Assembly (NCBI GenBank): GCA_035473115.1
Contig: DATION010000006.1
Coordinates: 521-64,520 of the forward strand
DNA from: Candidatus Udaeobacter sp.
Lineage (GTDB): Bacteria; Patescibacteriota; Patescibacteriia; Magasanikbacterales; GWA2-37-8
DNA: 64,000 nt
Direction of reading: 5' to 3'
Shown here: in pieces, positions 37,963-47,934 of the stretch
Position numbering within the stretch: the first letter of the stretch is position 1
Layout: each line of letters starts with the position of its first letter
Notes under the pieces: model-generated
Database searches by the model: none
Told to the model about the DNA's origin: nothing
The model's input: only the letters and a program-made list of their open reading frames with translations
Program-made: the position numbers and the translations under genes

Positions 37963-39540
37963 ATGAAACATAAACCAGTTGTGCTAGCTATATTGGACGG
38001 CTGGGGAATAGCGCCGGCAGCTGATGGGAATGCTATTACTAAAGCGCAAACTCCAAATTTTGCAAAGTTTATTAAAAATTATCCAGTCATGACTGTGCAC
38101 GCTTCGGGAAACGAAGTTGGTTTGTTGTTCGGAGAAATGGGTAATTCCGAAGTCGGCCACTTAAATATCGGCGCGGGCAGAGTTTACTACCAAAGCTGCC
38201 CGAGAATAAATCAAGAAATAACTAGCGGATCTTTTTTTAAGAACCCGGCATTTTTGGCTGCTGTGGCTAAAGTCAAAAAAAATAATTCCAAACTGCATCT
38301 GGTTGGTTTGATCGGCTCCGGAAATGTGCATGCCAGCAGTGCGCATCTTTACGCTTTGCTTGATTTGTGTAAAAAAGAAAAATTAACTAAAAATGTTTTT
38401 GTGCATGCCATATTAGACGGCCGTGATTCTTTGTATAATTCGGGTAAAGAATTTGTTTTGGAACTAGAAAAAAAAATGTCCGAATTAAAGATAGGCAAAA
38501 TCGCCACTTTATCCGGCCGATATTTTGCCATGGATCGTGATAATCGTTGGGATAGATGTGAGAAAGCTTATCGGGCTATAGCCGAAGGCAAAGCCGACAG
38601 ATATGGCGAAGACCCGATTAAAGTAATTGATGAGTCGTATGAACAAAAAAATTATGATGAAGAATTTACCCCGACTGTTTTAACTTCTAAAAACAAACCG
38701 GTGGCTACCGTAGAAAATGGCGATGCAGTTATCTTTTTTAATTTTCGGCCAGACCGAGCCCGTGAACTGACTCAAGCTTTTGTGGTTCCGTCTTTTAATA
38801 AATTTTCTAAAACATATTTGGACGATCTGTTTTTTGTTACCATGGCGGAGTACGAAAAAGAATTGCCGGTTATGGTGGCATTTCCGCCGATAATCGTTCA
38901 TAATTGTTTGGCCGAAGTTATCAGTAAAGCCGGTTTAAAACAGGTTCATATCGCGGAAACGGAAAAATACGCCCATGTTACATTTTTTTTGAATGGCACT
39001 TTAGAGGATCCATTTCCGGGAGAAGACAGAGTACTTATTCCATCGCCAAAAGTTTCCAGTTATGATCAAAAGCCCGAAATGTCAGCTTTGGAAATTCTTA
39101 AAGAAGTGACTAAAGCGATTGAAAGTGACAAGTATGATTTTATAGTTTTAAATTTGGCTAATGCTGATATGGTCGGGCATACCGGAGTTTTACCGGCCGG
39201 AATCAAAGCTTGTGAAGTGGTTGATAAATGTTTAGGCGAAATTTCTGAACGGGCTTTGGCTAGGGGAGGAGCTCTGGTTATTACCGCCGATCATGGCAAT
39301 GCCGAAGAAATGACCAATCTGCAAACCGGAGCGATAGATAAAGAACACTCCACTAATCCGGTGCCGCTAGTTATTATTGCTAAAGAATTTATGGGTCAAG
39401 CCGGACCATCAGGAGATGCGCCGGAAGGAGATTTGAGTCTATTGCATCCGGTGGGAGTATTGGCAGATGTGGCGCCGACAGTTTTAAAATTGCTAGAAGT
39501 GCCGCAGCCGGAAGATATGACTGGCAAGCCGTTAATTTAA
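37963..39540 (+). CDS. gpmI: 2,3-bisphosphoglycerate-independent phosphoglycerate mutase, copy 2 (tandem paralog)
   Basis: ILDGWG, NSEVGHLNIGAGR and ADHGN. Collinear with copy 1, but diverged. Confidence 0.9.
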   Translation: MKHKPVVLAILDGWGIAPAADGNAITKAQTPNFAKFIKNYPVMTVHASGNEVGLLFGEMGNSEVGHLNIGAGRVYYQSCPRINQEITSGSFFKNPAFLAAVAKVKKNNSKLHLVGLIGSGNVHASSAHLYALLDLCKKEKLTKNVFVHAILDGRDSLYNSGKEFVLELEKKMSELKIGKIATLSGRYFAMDRDNRWDRCEKAYRAIAEGKADRYGEDPIKVIDESYEQKNYDEEFTPTVLTSKNKPVATVENGDAVIFFNFRPDRARELTQAFVVPSFNKFSKTYLDDLFFVTMAEYEKELPVMVAFPPIIVHNCLAEVISKAGLKQVHIAETEKYAHVTFFLNGTLEDPFPGEDRVLIPSPKVSSYDQKPEMSALEILKEVTKAIESDKYDFIVLNLANADMVGHTGVLPAGIKACEVVDKCLGEISERALARGGALVITADHGNAEEMTNLQTGAIDKEHSTNPVPLVIIAKEFMGQAGPSGDAPEGDLSLLHPVGVLADVAPTVLKLLEVPQPEDMTGKPLI

Positions 39541-40685
39541 ATTTTCCCGCCTAAGATTTTTTTAATTTTTTCGACTACTTCTAATTCCACTTCTTTAAGA
39601 GTTTTATTGGCAATAACAAATGAGGCTGTTTTTTTATTTCCTTCAGCCTGAAAAGATTGGAGCAGAACTTTGGCATCGCGCTGTTTGTCGGCAGACAAAA
39701 AGCCATGGACTTTATTTTCTCCGGCAGTGTTTTCGTATAACAAAAGAATTACTTTTGCTTCCGGTGAATTGCTGGCTAGTTCGTCTATCAGTTCTTTTAA
39801 TTCTTCTTCGGTAGCTCCGGTTCGAGAGAAATCTTCGCGGGTAATGCTAGTCCATACCAGTCCAACGCTTGGTTCACTTTCCATGTGAGTCAAAGCTTCG
39901 CCCCAGATTTTAAGCGAGGAAATAGATTTAGTTCGATAAAGATGTTTAACTATCTTTTCTCTGTCCGCGCCCAAGTTCATCAGTTCACTGGCAGTATTAA
40001 GAGTGTGGGGAGTAACATTGGTAGTTTTAAAGCTTTGAGTTTGACTAATCATGCCGGCGAGCAGTGCGGTGGCAATTTCGGCATCAATATGAAATGGCGA
40101 AATTTGTTTGACAGTTTTATAAATAATTTCCGAAACTGAAGTGGCGGTAATTTCGACAAAGTTTACTTGGCCAAAATGTTCATTGCCCGGGTGATTATCA
40201 AAGTTAACGATTGGAACTTTATAAAACAGGTCAGTATTGTTAAAAAATATTTTTCCCAAAGATTCCAGGTCTTGAGCATTGATAGTCATTACTAAATCAT
40301 ATTTTAAACTGGATTGAGCAGTGCGCAGTTCATTTTTGGTAATGACGCCTTGTTTGGGAGTTAAATAAATGGAGAGCCAGTTGTCTTTAATGTCGTAGCT
40401 TAGAGTATCAATTTTTACATTGGTAACATCAACTTTTAAAATAAATTTTTGCAGATGAGAGATTTGCGGCTGAATTTCTTCCGGAGACACGATAAATTTT
40501 AAATTTTTCGGTAAAATAAAATTATCGGCAATAATGTCGACTTGCTTGTTTTGTTTTTCCAGCCACTTTTTCCAAGCCACAGCTCCGCAGATGGAGTCTG
40601 TATTTTGGGTTGAGTTTAAAACCAACAAAATATGTCGGCTTTTTTCTAAAAGTTGGCTCAATTGTTGAGTCTCATTTAAAGACAT
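39537..40685 (-). CDS. DHH-family phosphoesterase (NrnA-like paralog without a clear DHHA1 GGGH motif)
   Basis: DHH motif region (…FDNHPGNEHF…) and overall NrnA-like length. Diverged C-terminus. Confidence 0.55.
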   Translation of the reverse strand: MSLNETQQLSQLLEKSRHILLVLNSTQNTDSICGAVAWKKWLEKQNKQVDIIADNFILPKNLKFIVSPEEIQPQISHLQKFILKVDVTNVKIDTLSYDIKDNWLSIYLTPKQGVITKNELRTAQSSLKYDLVMTINAQDLESLGKIFFNNTDLFYKVPIVNFDNHPGNEHFGQVNFVEITATSVSEIIYKTVKQISPFHIDAEIATALLAGMISQTQSFKTTNVTPHTLNTASELMNLGADREKIVKHLYRTKSISSLKIWGEALTHMESEPSVGLVWTSITREDFSRTGATEEELKELIDELASNSPEAKVILLLYENTAGENKVHGFLSADKQRDAKVLLQSFQAEGNKKTASFVIANKTLKEVELEVVEKIKKILGGKI

Positions 40686-40825
40686 AATTTGGCTATATTT
40701 GGGTCAAATCTTAGAACAGGTCATCTTACCAGCAATCTGATTTCTTGTCAACAGGCAAAAATAGGGCTTAAAATTTGATTTTTTTGCCTTATTTCAGTAA
40801 AATATATGAATTATTAGACCTTAAT

Positions 40826-43465
40826 ATGAAAGAGTTGCCAAAGGCCTACGAGCCGAAAAATTACGAAGATAATATCTATAAAAAATGGGAAGAATCAGGG
40901 CTTTTTAACCCTGATGTTTGCGTTAAGAAAGGCTTTACTGAGCCCAAAGCCAATTATTTTTCCATTGTTTTGCCACCCCCAAATGTTACCGGGACTTTGC
41001 ATTTGGGACACGCTGCTAGGTTGGCTACTGAAGACTTAATGGTTCGGTATCATCGGATGAAAGGTGATAAGACTTTATGGTTACCAGGCACTGACCATGC
41101 AGCGGTGGCTACTCAGGCCAAGGTAGAAAAGATTTTGATGGAAAAAGAAGGCAAAACAAAATATAGTTTAGGTCGGGAAGAATTTTTAAGAAGAATAGAA
41201 AAATTTGCCCAAGATAGTCATGATACTATAATTAATCAATGTAAAAAAATGGGCGCTTCGCTGGATTGGTCGCGCGAAGCTTATACTTTTGATTCCGAAA
41301 GAAATTTGGCCGTGCGGACCGTATTTAAACAAATGTATGATGACGGTTTGATTTACCGTGGTTACCGGGTAGTTAATTGGTCAGTCAAAGGCCAGTCAAC
41401 TGCCAGCGATGATGAGTTAGTTTATGTAGAACGCCCAGGAAAATTATATTATTTTAAATATTCCAAAGATTTTCCGATTACTATTGCTACTACTCGTCCA
41501 GAAACAAAGCTGGGTGATACAGCCGTGGCAGTTAATCCAAAAGACAAGAAATATAAAAAATATATTGGCCAGGAATTTACCGTAGATGTTGGTGCTGCTC
41601 AGCCCCTAAAAATAAAAATTATTGCCGATGAAAATGTTGAGTCTGGTTTTGGTACCGGCGCTCTTGGAGTAACTCCGGCTCATAGCGCCATTGACTTTGA
41701 GATGTATCAAAAACAAAAAGTAGCTGGTAATGAAATTGGTTTAGTTCAGGTTATTGGCGAAGATGGCAAAATGACTGCTGTAACTGGCAAAGATTATGTT
41801 GGTCTGACAGTTTTGGAAGCACGAGAAAAGTTTGTTGATTATTTAAGAAAAAATAATTTATTGGAAAAAGAAGAGGACACAGTACAAAACGTGGCTACTT
41901 CAGATCGTTTTGGTGATGTGATTGAGCCGCTACCAAAAACTCAATGGTTTGTTGATGTGAACAAAGAATTTGTCATCAAAGAAAATAAGTTAGGGATTAA
42001 AAAAGGCAGCAAAGTAACTCTTAAGAAATTAATGCAGCATGTTGTCAAAGAAAAAGGTATCCAAATTATCCCAGACAGATTTGAAAAAACCTATTTTCAT
42101 TGGATAGATAATTTGCGCGACTGGTGTATCAGCCGTCAGATTTGGTATGGTCATCAGATTCCGGTTTGGTATAAAAATGATGAAGTATATTGTGGTGTAG
42201 AGGCGCCAAAAGAAGATGGTTGGGTTCAAGACCCGGACACTCTAGACACCTGGTTTTCTTCTGGCCTATGGACTTTTTCTACTCTTGGCTGGCCAAATAA
42301 AGAAGAATGGGCCAAAGAAAATATTTTCCATCCAATTTCGGTTATGGAGACAGCTTATGATATCTTGTTTTTTTGGGTTGCCAGAATGATACTTATGACC
42401 ACATATGTTTTGGGCGAGGTTCCTTTTAAAACTGTTTATCTGTCTGGTTTGGTGCGTGATGAGCAAGGGCGAAAAATGAGTAAGTCCTTAGGAAATATTA
42501 TTGATCCACTAGATATGATTAATAAATACGGTACAGATGCTACTCGTTTGTCTTTGCTGCTAGGCAATACGCCAGGCAATGACGCAAAGCTCTCCGAAGA
42601 GAAAATTGCTGGCTTTAGAAATTTTACCAACAAGTTGTGGAATATTTCTCGGTTTATGCTTTTGAATATTGATGAGCCGAAGATGGATGTTGAGAAGCCG
42701 GAGGCAAAGACTTTAGCGGATGAATGGATTTTGTATAAAATTGAAATAGTGGCAGCTCAAACAGAAGCAAATTTATGTAAGTTTAACTTTTCATTGGCGG
42801 GTGAACAGCTTCGTGATTTTACTTGGGGCGATTTAGCTGACTGGTATTTGGAGATTGCCAAAGTAGAGGGTGGTAAATCAGAAATTTTAAATTATATTTT
42901 AAATATTATTCTAAAATTATGGCATCCGTATATGCCATTTGTTACTGAAGCAATTTGGCAGGAAGTTTATGGGGAAGATAAAACATTGATGGTTCAGGAA
43001 TTTCCGAATGAAAGTATTGGAATTGTGCCAAGCGAAGTAGGTTTATTCGAAGGATTTGTTATTGGGGTTATAACAAGCATTCGTTCTTTGCGTGCAGAAT
43101 ATAAAATTGAACCTGCAAAAAAGATTGGTGCTAAGGTTAATGTGGGTAGTAAAGAAGAATTATTAAAAAATAATGCAGAAATTATCAAAGCTTTAGCTCG
43201 ATTAGATAAATTAGAGTTTGTGCAATCTGGCGCAGAGATTTCTTTAGATTTAGCCGGAGCAGTTGATAGTGAAAAAGAAAAACCAAGATTAGAAAAAGAA
43301 ATCCAAGAAATTAAAAAATACGTCGGTGGTTTAGAAAATAAACTTTCCAATAAAGAGTTTGTACAGAACGCTCCGAAAGAAGTAGTAGAAAAAGAAAAAA
43401 CTAAATTAAACGAAGCCAAAGCTAAATTAGAAAAATTAGAAGAGCAGCTTGCTAATTTAAAATAA
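40826..43465 (+). CDS. valS: Valyl-tRNA synthetase
   Basis: HIGH-type PPNVTGTLHLGH and KMSKS. Coiled-coil C-terminus. The ORF is open from 40775, but the homologous start is MKELPKAY at 40826. Confidence 0.93.
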   Translation: MKELPKAYEPKNYEDNIYKKWEESGLFNPDVCVKKGFTEPKANYFSIVLPPPNVTGTLHLGHAARLATEDLMVRYHRMKGDKTLWLPGTDHAAVATQAKVEKILMEKEGKTKYSLGREEFLRRIEKFAQDSHDTIINQCKKMGASLDWSREAYTFDSERNLAVRTVFKQMYDDGLIYRGYRVVNWSVKGQSTASDDELVYVERPGKLYYFKYSKDFPITIATTRPETKLGDTAVAVNPKDKKYKKYIGQEFTVDVGAAQPLKIKIIADENVESGFGTGALGVTPAHSAIDFEMYQKQKVAGNEIGLVQVIGEDGKMTAVTGKDYVGLTVLEAREKFVDYLRKNNLLEKEEDTVQNVATSDRFGDVIEPLPKTQWFVDVNKEFVIKENKLGIKKGSKVTLKKLMQHVVKEKGIQIIPDRFEKTYFHWIDNLRDWCISRQIWYGHQIPVWYKNDEVYCGVEAPKEDGWVQDPDTLDTWFSSGLWTFSTLGWPNKEEWAKENIFHPISVMETAYDILFFWVARMILMTTYVLGEVPFKTVYLSGLVRDEQGRKMSKSLGNIIDPLDMINKYGTDATRLSLLLGNTPGNDAKLSEEKIAGFRNFTNKLWNISRFMLLNIDEPKMDVEKPEAKTLADEWILYKIEIVAAQTEANLCKFNFSLAGEQLRDFTWGDLADWYLEIAKVEGGKSEILNYILNIILKLWHPYMPFVTEAIWQEVYGEDKTLMVQEFPNESIGIVPSEVGLFEGFVIGVITSIRSLRAEYKIEPAKKIGAKVNVGSKEELLKNNAEIIKALARLDKLEFVQSGAEISLDLAGAVDSEKEKPRLEKEIQEIKKYVGGLENKLSNKEFVQNAPKEVVEKEKTKLNEAKAKLEKLEEQLANLK

Positions 43466-43470
43466 ATTAT

Positions 43471-44655
43471 ATGCCAGTAAATACCGATTTACAAAAAATA
43501 GAAGAGTTATTAAGCCGGGGAGTAGAAAATATTTACCCCAAGGCAGATTTTTTGCGGGCACAGTTAAAATCCGGCAAACAATTAACTCTATATACTGGTT
43601 ATGATCCAACCGCACCGACTTTGCATATTGGCCATGGCATTACCATGCTTAAGCTGCGCCAATTTCAGCAATTAGGACATAAAGTTATTATGCTGATTGG
43701 TGATTTTACCGGCATGATTGGCGACCCGACTGATAAGACTTCAGCCAGACAAAAATTAACCCGCAAACAAGTTTTAGAAAATTGCAAGAATTATAAAAAA
43801 CAAGCGGCTACAATTTTGGATTTTGCAGGAAAAAATCCAGTTGAAGTAAAGTTTAACAGCAAGTGGTTGGCTAAGATGAGTTTTGCGGATGTGGTGGAAC
43901 TAGCTTCACATTTTACGGTACAAAGAATGATGGAGCGGGACATGTTCCAAAATAGAGTTAAAGAAGAAAAACCAATTTATCTCCACGAATTCTTGTACCC
44001 GCTCATGCAAGGCTACGACAGTGTGGCTATGGATGTGGATGGTGAAGTTGGCGGTAATGACCAGACATTTAACATGTTGGCTGGTCGAGATTTAATGAAA
44101 GATTTAAAGAATAAAGAAAAATTTGTTTTGACTACCAAGCTTCTGGTTGATGCTTCTGGCAAAAAAATGGGTAAGACCGAAGGTAATATGGTCGCTTTTT
44201 CTGATACGCCGGAAGATATGTTTGGCAAAGTTATGAGCTGGACTGATGGTATGATAGAAAATGGTTTTGTTTTATGTACAACTTTGCCAGTTGTTGAAAT
44301 AGAAAAATTCTTAAAAGAAACATCAAGTCCTCGTGATCAAAAACTGCGATTGGCTTTTGAGATTGTTAGAACGTTTTTGGGAGAAAAAGAGGCAAAGAAA
44401 GCTCAAGAAAATTTTATCAAAACATTTTCTAAAAAAGAAACTCCGGACGAAATTCCAGAATTAAAACCAAGCGCCACTGATATTATTACAGTTTTGGTAG
44501 AAGCCAATATTTGCAAAAGTAAATCTGAAGTTCGGCAAGTAATTGCCCAAGGCGGAGTGAAAATTAATGATAAAAAAGTAGAATCAATTGAAGAAAAAGT
44601 AAAAACAGGTGATATTGTGCAGAAGGGCAGCCGGTTTTTTGTGAAGATAAAATAA
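43471..44655 (+). CDS. tyrS: Tyrosyl-tRNA synthetase
   Basis: PTLHIGHG (HIGH), KMGKT (KMSKS variant) and a C-terminal S4 domain. Confidence 0.92.
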   Translation: MPVNTDLQKIEELLSRGVENIYPKADFLRAQLKSGKQLTLYTGYDPTAPTLHIGHGITMLKLRQFQQLGHKVIMLIGDFTGMIGDPTDKTSARQKLTRKQVLENCKNYKKQAATILDFAGKNPVEVKFNSKWLAKMSFADVVELASHFTVQRMMERDMFQNRVKEEKPIYLHEFLYPLMQGYDSVAMDVDGEVGGNDQTFNMLAGRDLMKDLKNKEKFVLTTKLLVDASGKKMGKTEGNMVAFSDTPEDMFGKVMSWTDGMIENGFVLCTTLPVVEIEKFLKETSSPRDQKLRLAFEIVRTFLGEKEAKKAQENFIKTFSKKETPDEIPELKPSATDIITVLVEANICKSKSEVRQVIAQGGVKINDKKVESIEEKVKTGDIVQKGSRFFVKIK

Positions 44656-44659
44656 CCTG

Positions 44660-44705
44660 TTGGTACTTTTTGACGCCAAAAAGTACCAAAAAGCGTTGGG
44701 GCGTC
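44660..44705. other. Nested AT-rich 12-bp hairpin plus GC clamp downstream of tyrS
   Basis: ttggtacttttt-gacgcc-aaaaagtaccaa is a perfect 12-bp stem. The loop gacgcc can also pair with ggcgtc 22 nt downstream. There is no canonical T-run. Confidence 0.4.
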
Positions 44706-44797
44706 AAAACTCGCCTTATAAATAAATTTGGTTCTGCAGATGTGTTAGCTCAAACATTGCCGCCCCAAACCCCAGATACAAGTAGTAAGTTTTAAAT

Positions 44798-46498
44798 ATG
44801 ACAAGTAAAACAAAACAGAACATAATTGAATTGCTGCACAAAGCCGGTGTGCAGGGCGAAGTAGAATTAACCGTTCCACCAAATCCGGAAATGGGGGACT
44901 TTGCTTTTGCTTGTTTTAATATCGCTAAGGAATTTAAAGTTAATCCAAAAGAAGCTGCTGAGCAGCTAAAATTAAAATTGCAAGATAAAAAGTTAAATTC
45001 AGTCGAAAAAATAGAAGTAGCCGGGCCGTATCTAAATTTTTATTTAAAAACATCCACATTAGCCAAGTCAGTTTTGAGTGAAATAAAAAAACAAGGAAAA
45101 AAATATGGTAGTAATAAATCTGGCAAAGGCAAAAAGGTTTTGATTGAATATCCGTCGAACAATACTCATAAAGAATTTCATATTGGTCATTTCCGCAATG
45201 TTTGCATTGGTAATACGTTAGTTCAGCTTTATGAGACTAATGGCTTTAAAGTTTTTCCGGTAAATTATCTTAACGATTTTGGCAATCATGTGGCCAAATG
45301 TTTATGGGGTCTGAATAAATTTCACGCTAATGAAAAGCCGCCAGCCAACAAGCAAAAATGGCTGGGAGATATTTATGCCGAAGCAAGCCAGCAGGTAAGA
45401 GACAATCCTGATTTTGGTAAAGAAGTGGCGCAAGTGCAGAAGAAGCTAGAAGAACATGATGCCGAACTCTGGCCTTTGTTTATGCAAACCAGACAATGGA
45501 GCATAGAAAAATTTACAGAAATATTTAAACAGCTGGCAGTAAAACATGTGGCGGTATTTTACGAAAAAGATTTGAAAGGCAAAGGCCAAAAAATTATTGA
45601 TGAACTTTTACAGAAAGGCATTGCTCAAGTGGGGGAAGGCGGAGCGATTATAATTGATTTGAGTAAATATAATCTAGATGTGGCATTGCTGCGCAAATCA
45701 AACGGCGCTGGTTTATATTTAACCAGTGATTTGCCTCTGGCCATGGCTAAATTTAAAAAATTTAAAGTTAATGAAAGTATTGTCGTAACCGGCATAGAGC
45801 AGAATTTTTATTTTAAACAGTTGTATAAAATTTTAGAAATAATCGGCTTCAAAAATAAACTAACTCACATTGGTTATGGTTTGGTGAATCTAAAAGAAGG
45901 CAAGATGTCTTCCCGATTAGGCAATGTAATTTTATATGAAGATCTATACACCGAAGTTTTTGAAAAATTAAAAACTGAATCAAAAGAGAGGCACACGGAT
46001 TGGAGTGAGAAAAAAATAAATGAAACTGCGCAGGTTTTGGCAATGGCTGCTCTAAAATTTGATATGTTAAAACATGAAGCGGCCAAAAATATTACTTTTG
46101 ATACCAAAGAAGCCACAGCCTTTGAAGGTTTTACCGGACCGTATATTTTGTATGTTATTGCCAGAATCAACAGCATGTTGGCCAAAGCCAAAGGTAAAAT
46201 TAAAAAATCAACCAGCCATGACCTGTTAGATAAACCGGAAGAAAAGCAGCTGTTATTATTTTTAGCTCGCTACGAAGAAGTAGTGTCCGAAGCTTTGCAG
46301 GAGTATAATCCGTCAACCATTACTCGCTACTGTTTTGATCTGGCGCAGAAATTTAATATGTTTTATAACAAACATAATGTGTTAAACGCCGAGAATCAAG
46401 ATTTGATTGGCGCCAGACTGCAGTTATGCGGGGCGGTAAAAAATGTTTTAGAAAATTCTTTGCATCTGCTTACCATTGATACGGTAAAAGAGATGTAG
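44798..46498 (+). CDS. argS: Arginyl-tRNA synthetase
   Basis: N-terminal Arg_tRNA_synt_N-like domain, HIGH region FHIGHFRN and a DALR anticodon-binding C-terminus. Confidence 0.92.
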   Translation: MTSKTKQNIIELLHKAGVQGEVELTVPPNPEMGDFAFACFNIAKEFKVNPKEAAEQLKLKLQDKKLNSVEKIEVAGPYLNFYLKTSTLAKSVLSEIKKQGKKYGSNKSGKGKKVLIEYPSNNTHKEFHIGHFRNVCIGNTLVQLYETNGFKVFPVNYLNDFGNHVAKCLWGLNKFHANEKPPANKQKWLGDIYAEASQQVRDNPDFGKEVAQVQKKLEEHDAELWPLFMQTRQWSIEKFTEIFKQLAVKHVAVFYEKDLKGKGQKIIDELLQKGIAQVGEGGAIIIDLSKYNLDVALLRKSNGAGLYLTSDLPLAMAKFKKFKVNESIVVTGIEQNFYFKQLYKILEIIGFKNKLTHIGYGLVNLKEGKMSSRLGNVILYEDLYTEVFEKLKTESKERHTDWSEKKINETAQVLAMAALKFDMLKHEAAKNITFDTKEATAFEGFTGPYILYVIARINSMLAKAKGKIKKSTSHDLLDKPEEKQLLLFLARYEEVVSEALQEYNPSTITRYCFDLAQKFNMFYNKHNVLNAENQDLIGARLQLCGAVKNVLENSLHLLTIDTVKEM

Positions 46499-46554
46499 TA
46501 TAATATTATTACCATTTACAAATTGTATTTTAAATTATCCTAAGCATTACGAAT

Positions 46555-47028
46555 ATGATTTTTCAAAGAAGCGCTCCGAAAGTTATTGAAGAAGAAAATG
46601 ATCAAATTAATAATCAATCGCAGCAGCATTCTCAGGATGAAGTAGAAACAGTAGTTGGTCCTTCTGTTAGTGTGGAAGGGGATTTTGCTTCCGAAGGAAA
46701 TATTATAGTTAAAGGAACTGTCTCGGGCAGTGTTTTTACCAGCAAACATTTGGCCGTTGAAGTCGGTGCCAAGATTGTGGCCAACATTCGAGCTGGCAGT
46801 GCCACTATTGCTGGTGAAGTAAAAGGCAATATAAAATTAAAAGGATCTTTGGAACTTCTGGCTACTGCTAAAGTTTTGGGAGATATCGAAGTTAAAGATT
46901 TAAGAGTTGAATCCGGCGCTCTGTTATATGGTAAGGTTGTAATGCTAGGCATGGATCTGAGTGAAAAACCTATTAAAACAAAAACCTTCAAAAAAACCGA
47001 AGAAGCAGCTCCGCAATTTGTCGGCTAA
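46555..47028 (+). CDS. Bactofilin (polymer-forming cytoskeletal protein)
   Basis: Repeating beta-helical G-x-V/I motif series (VEGDFASEGNIIVKGTVSGSV…) typical of the DUF583/bactofilin family. Confidence 0.75.
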   Translation: MIFQRSAPKVIEEENDQINNQSQQHSQDEVETVVGPSVSVEGDFASEGNIIVKGTVSGSVFTSKHLAVEVGAKIVANIRAGSATIAGEVKGNIKLKGSLELLATAKVLGDIEVKDLRVESGALLYGKVVMLGMDLSEKPIKTKTFKKTEEAAPQFVG

Positions 47029-47056
47029 TTAAAAATCAGTCAGATACATTTTCGGT

Positions 47057-47821
47057 ATGTATGTGTACATCTATGACAATTTTTTACGTCAAAAAAACTT
47101 TCTTCCTATCATTCGTTCAATGGAGGTCGTTCTTACCGATTACGGCATAGCTGGCAAGATTTTACGCTTGCAAAATTATACCGACTCCAAAGCTGTCATT
47201 GAAGATGAGATTAAGCGCGGCGCCAAAACAGTTGTGGTAGTAGGTAATGACGCCACTTTTGGCCAAATACTTTCCCGCAGCGCAAACTGCGACTGTACTT
47301 TTGGTTTTTTACCGGTTGGCCCAAACAATACCATTGCCGAGGTTTTAGGTATTCCAATCGGAGTAGAAGCTTGCACGGTTTTGTCGCGTCGCCGTAAAGA
47401 ATTTTTGGATGTGGGTTGGATGAATAACCGATATTTTGTTTCTCAGCTGCGCGTGATGCCGTCCAAGCTGGAAGTTGTTTATGATGAAAGATTTAAAGTA
47501 ACTACTGCCGATAAAATGGAAGTTATAATCTGTAATTTGCAGCCATTTTTTTGGAAAAGAGATAAAAAAGATAAAGAACAGCGGGTGGTTCATCCGCAAG
47601 ACGGCAAGCTGGAAGGCTTTATTCGTCCATTGACAAAAAGCGGTTGGTGGGGATATAAATACGAAGAGCCAAGCATATTTCCTTTTGAAGAAATGACCAT
47701 TACCGGGAAAGAAGCTTTTGCGGTTGAGGCAGATGGTAAATTAACCAAAGAAATAAAATTAAAAATTAAATTAGCTCATAGCAAATTAGAAATGATTGTG
47801 GGCAGAGATCGTAAGTTTTAG
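47057..47821 (+). CDS. DAGK_cat-family lipid kinase (YegS/BmrU-like)
   Basis: VVVVGNDATFGQIL aligns with the GGDGT motif and FLPVGPNNTIAEVLGIP with the substrate loop. N-terminus resembles the family start. Confidence 0.6.
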   Translation: MYVYIYDNFLRQKNFLPIIRSMEVVLTDYGIAGKILRLQNYTDSKAVIEDEIKRGAKTVVVVGNDATFGQILSRSANCDCTFGFLPVGPNNTIAEVLGIPIGVEACTVLSRRRKEFLDVGWMNNRYFVSQLRVMPSKLEVVYDERFKVTTADKMEVIICNLQPFFWKRDKKDKEQRVVHPQDGKLEGFIRPLTKSGWWGYKYEEPSIFPFEEMTITGKEAFAVEADGKLTKEIKLKIKLAHSKLEMIVGRDRKF

Positions 47822-47827
47822 CAATAA

Positions 47828-47912
47828 GCCCAGGTGGCGGAATTGGTAGACGCACTACCTTGAGGTGGTAGCGCCGCAAGGCGTGGAGGTTCGAGTCCTC
47901 TCTTGGGCACCA
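47828..47912 (+). tRNA. tRNA-Leu (anticodon GAG), class II with long variable arm, CCA encoded
   Basis: GCCCAGG acceptor stem, D-loop AATTGGTAGA, anticodon stem-loop CTACC-TTGAGGT-GGTAG, long variable arm, T-loop GGTTCGAGTCC, 3' CTTGGGC-A-CCA. Confidence 0.85.
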
Positions 47913-47934
47913 ATGGAATCTTAATAATATTTTT

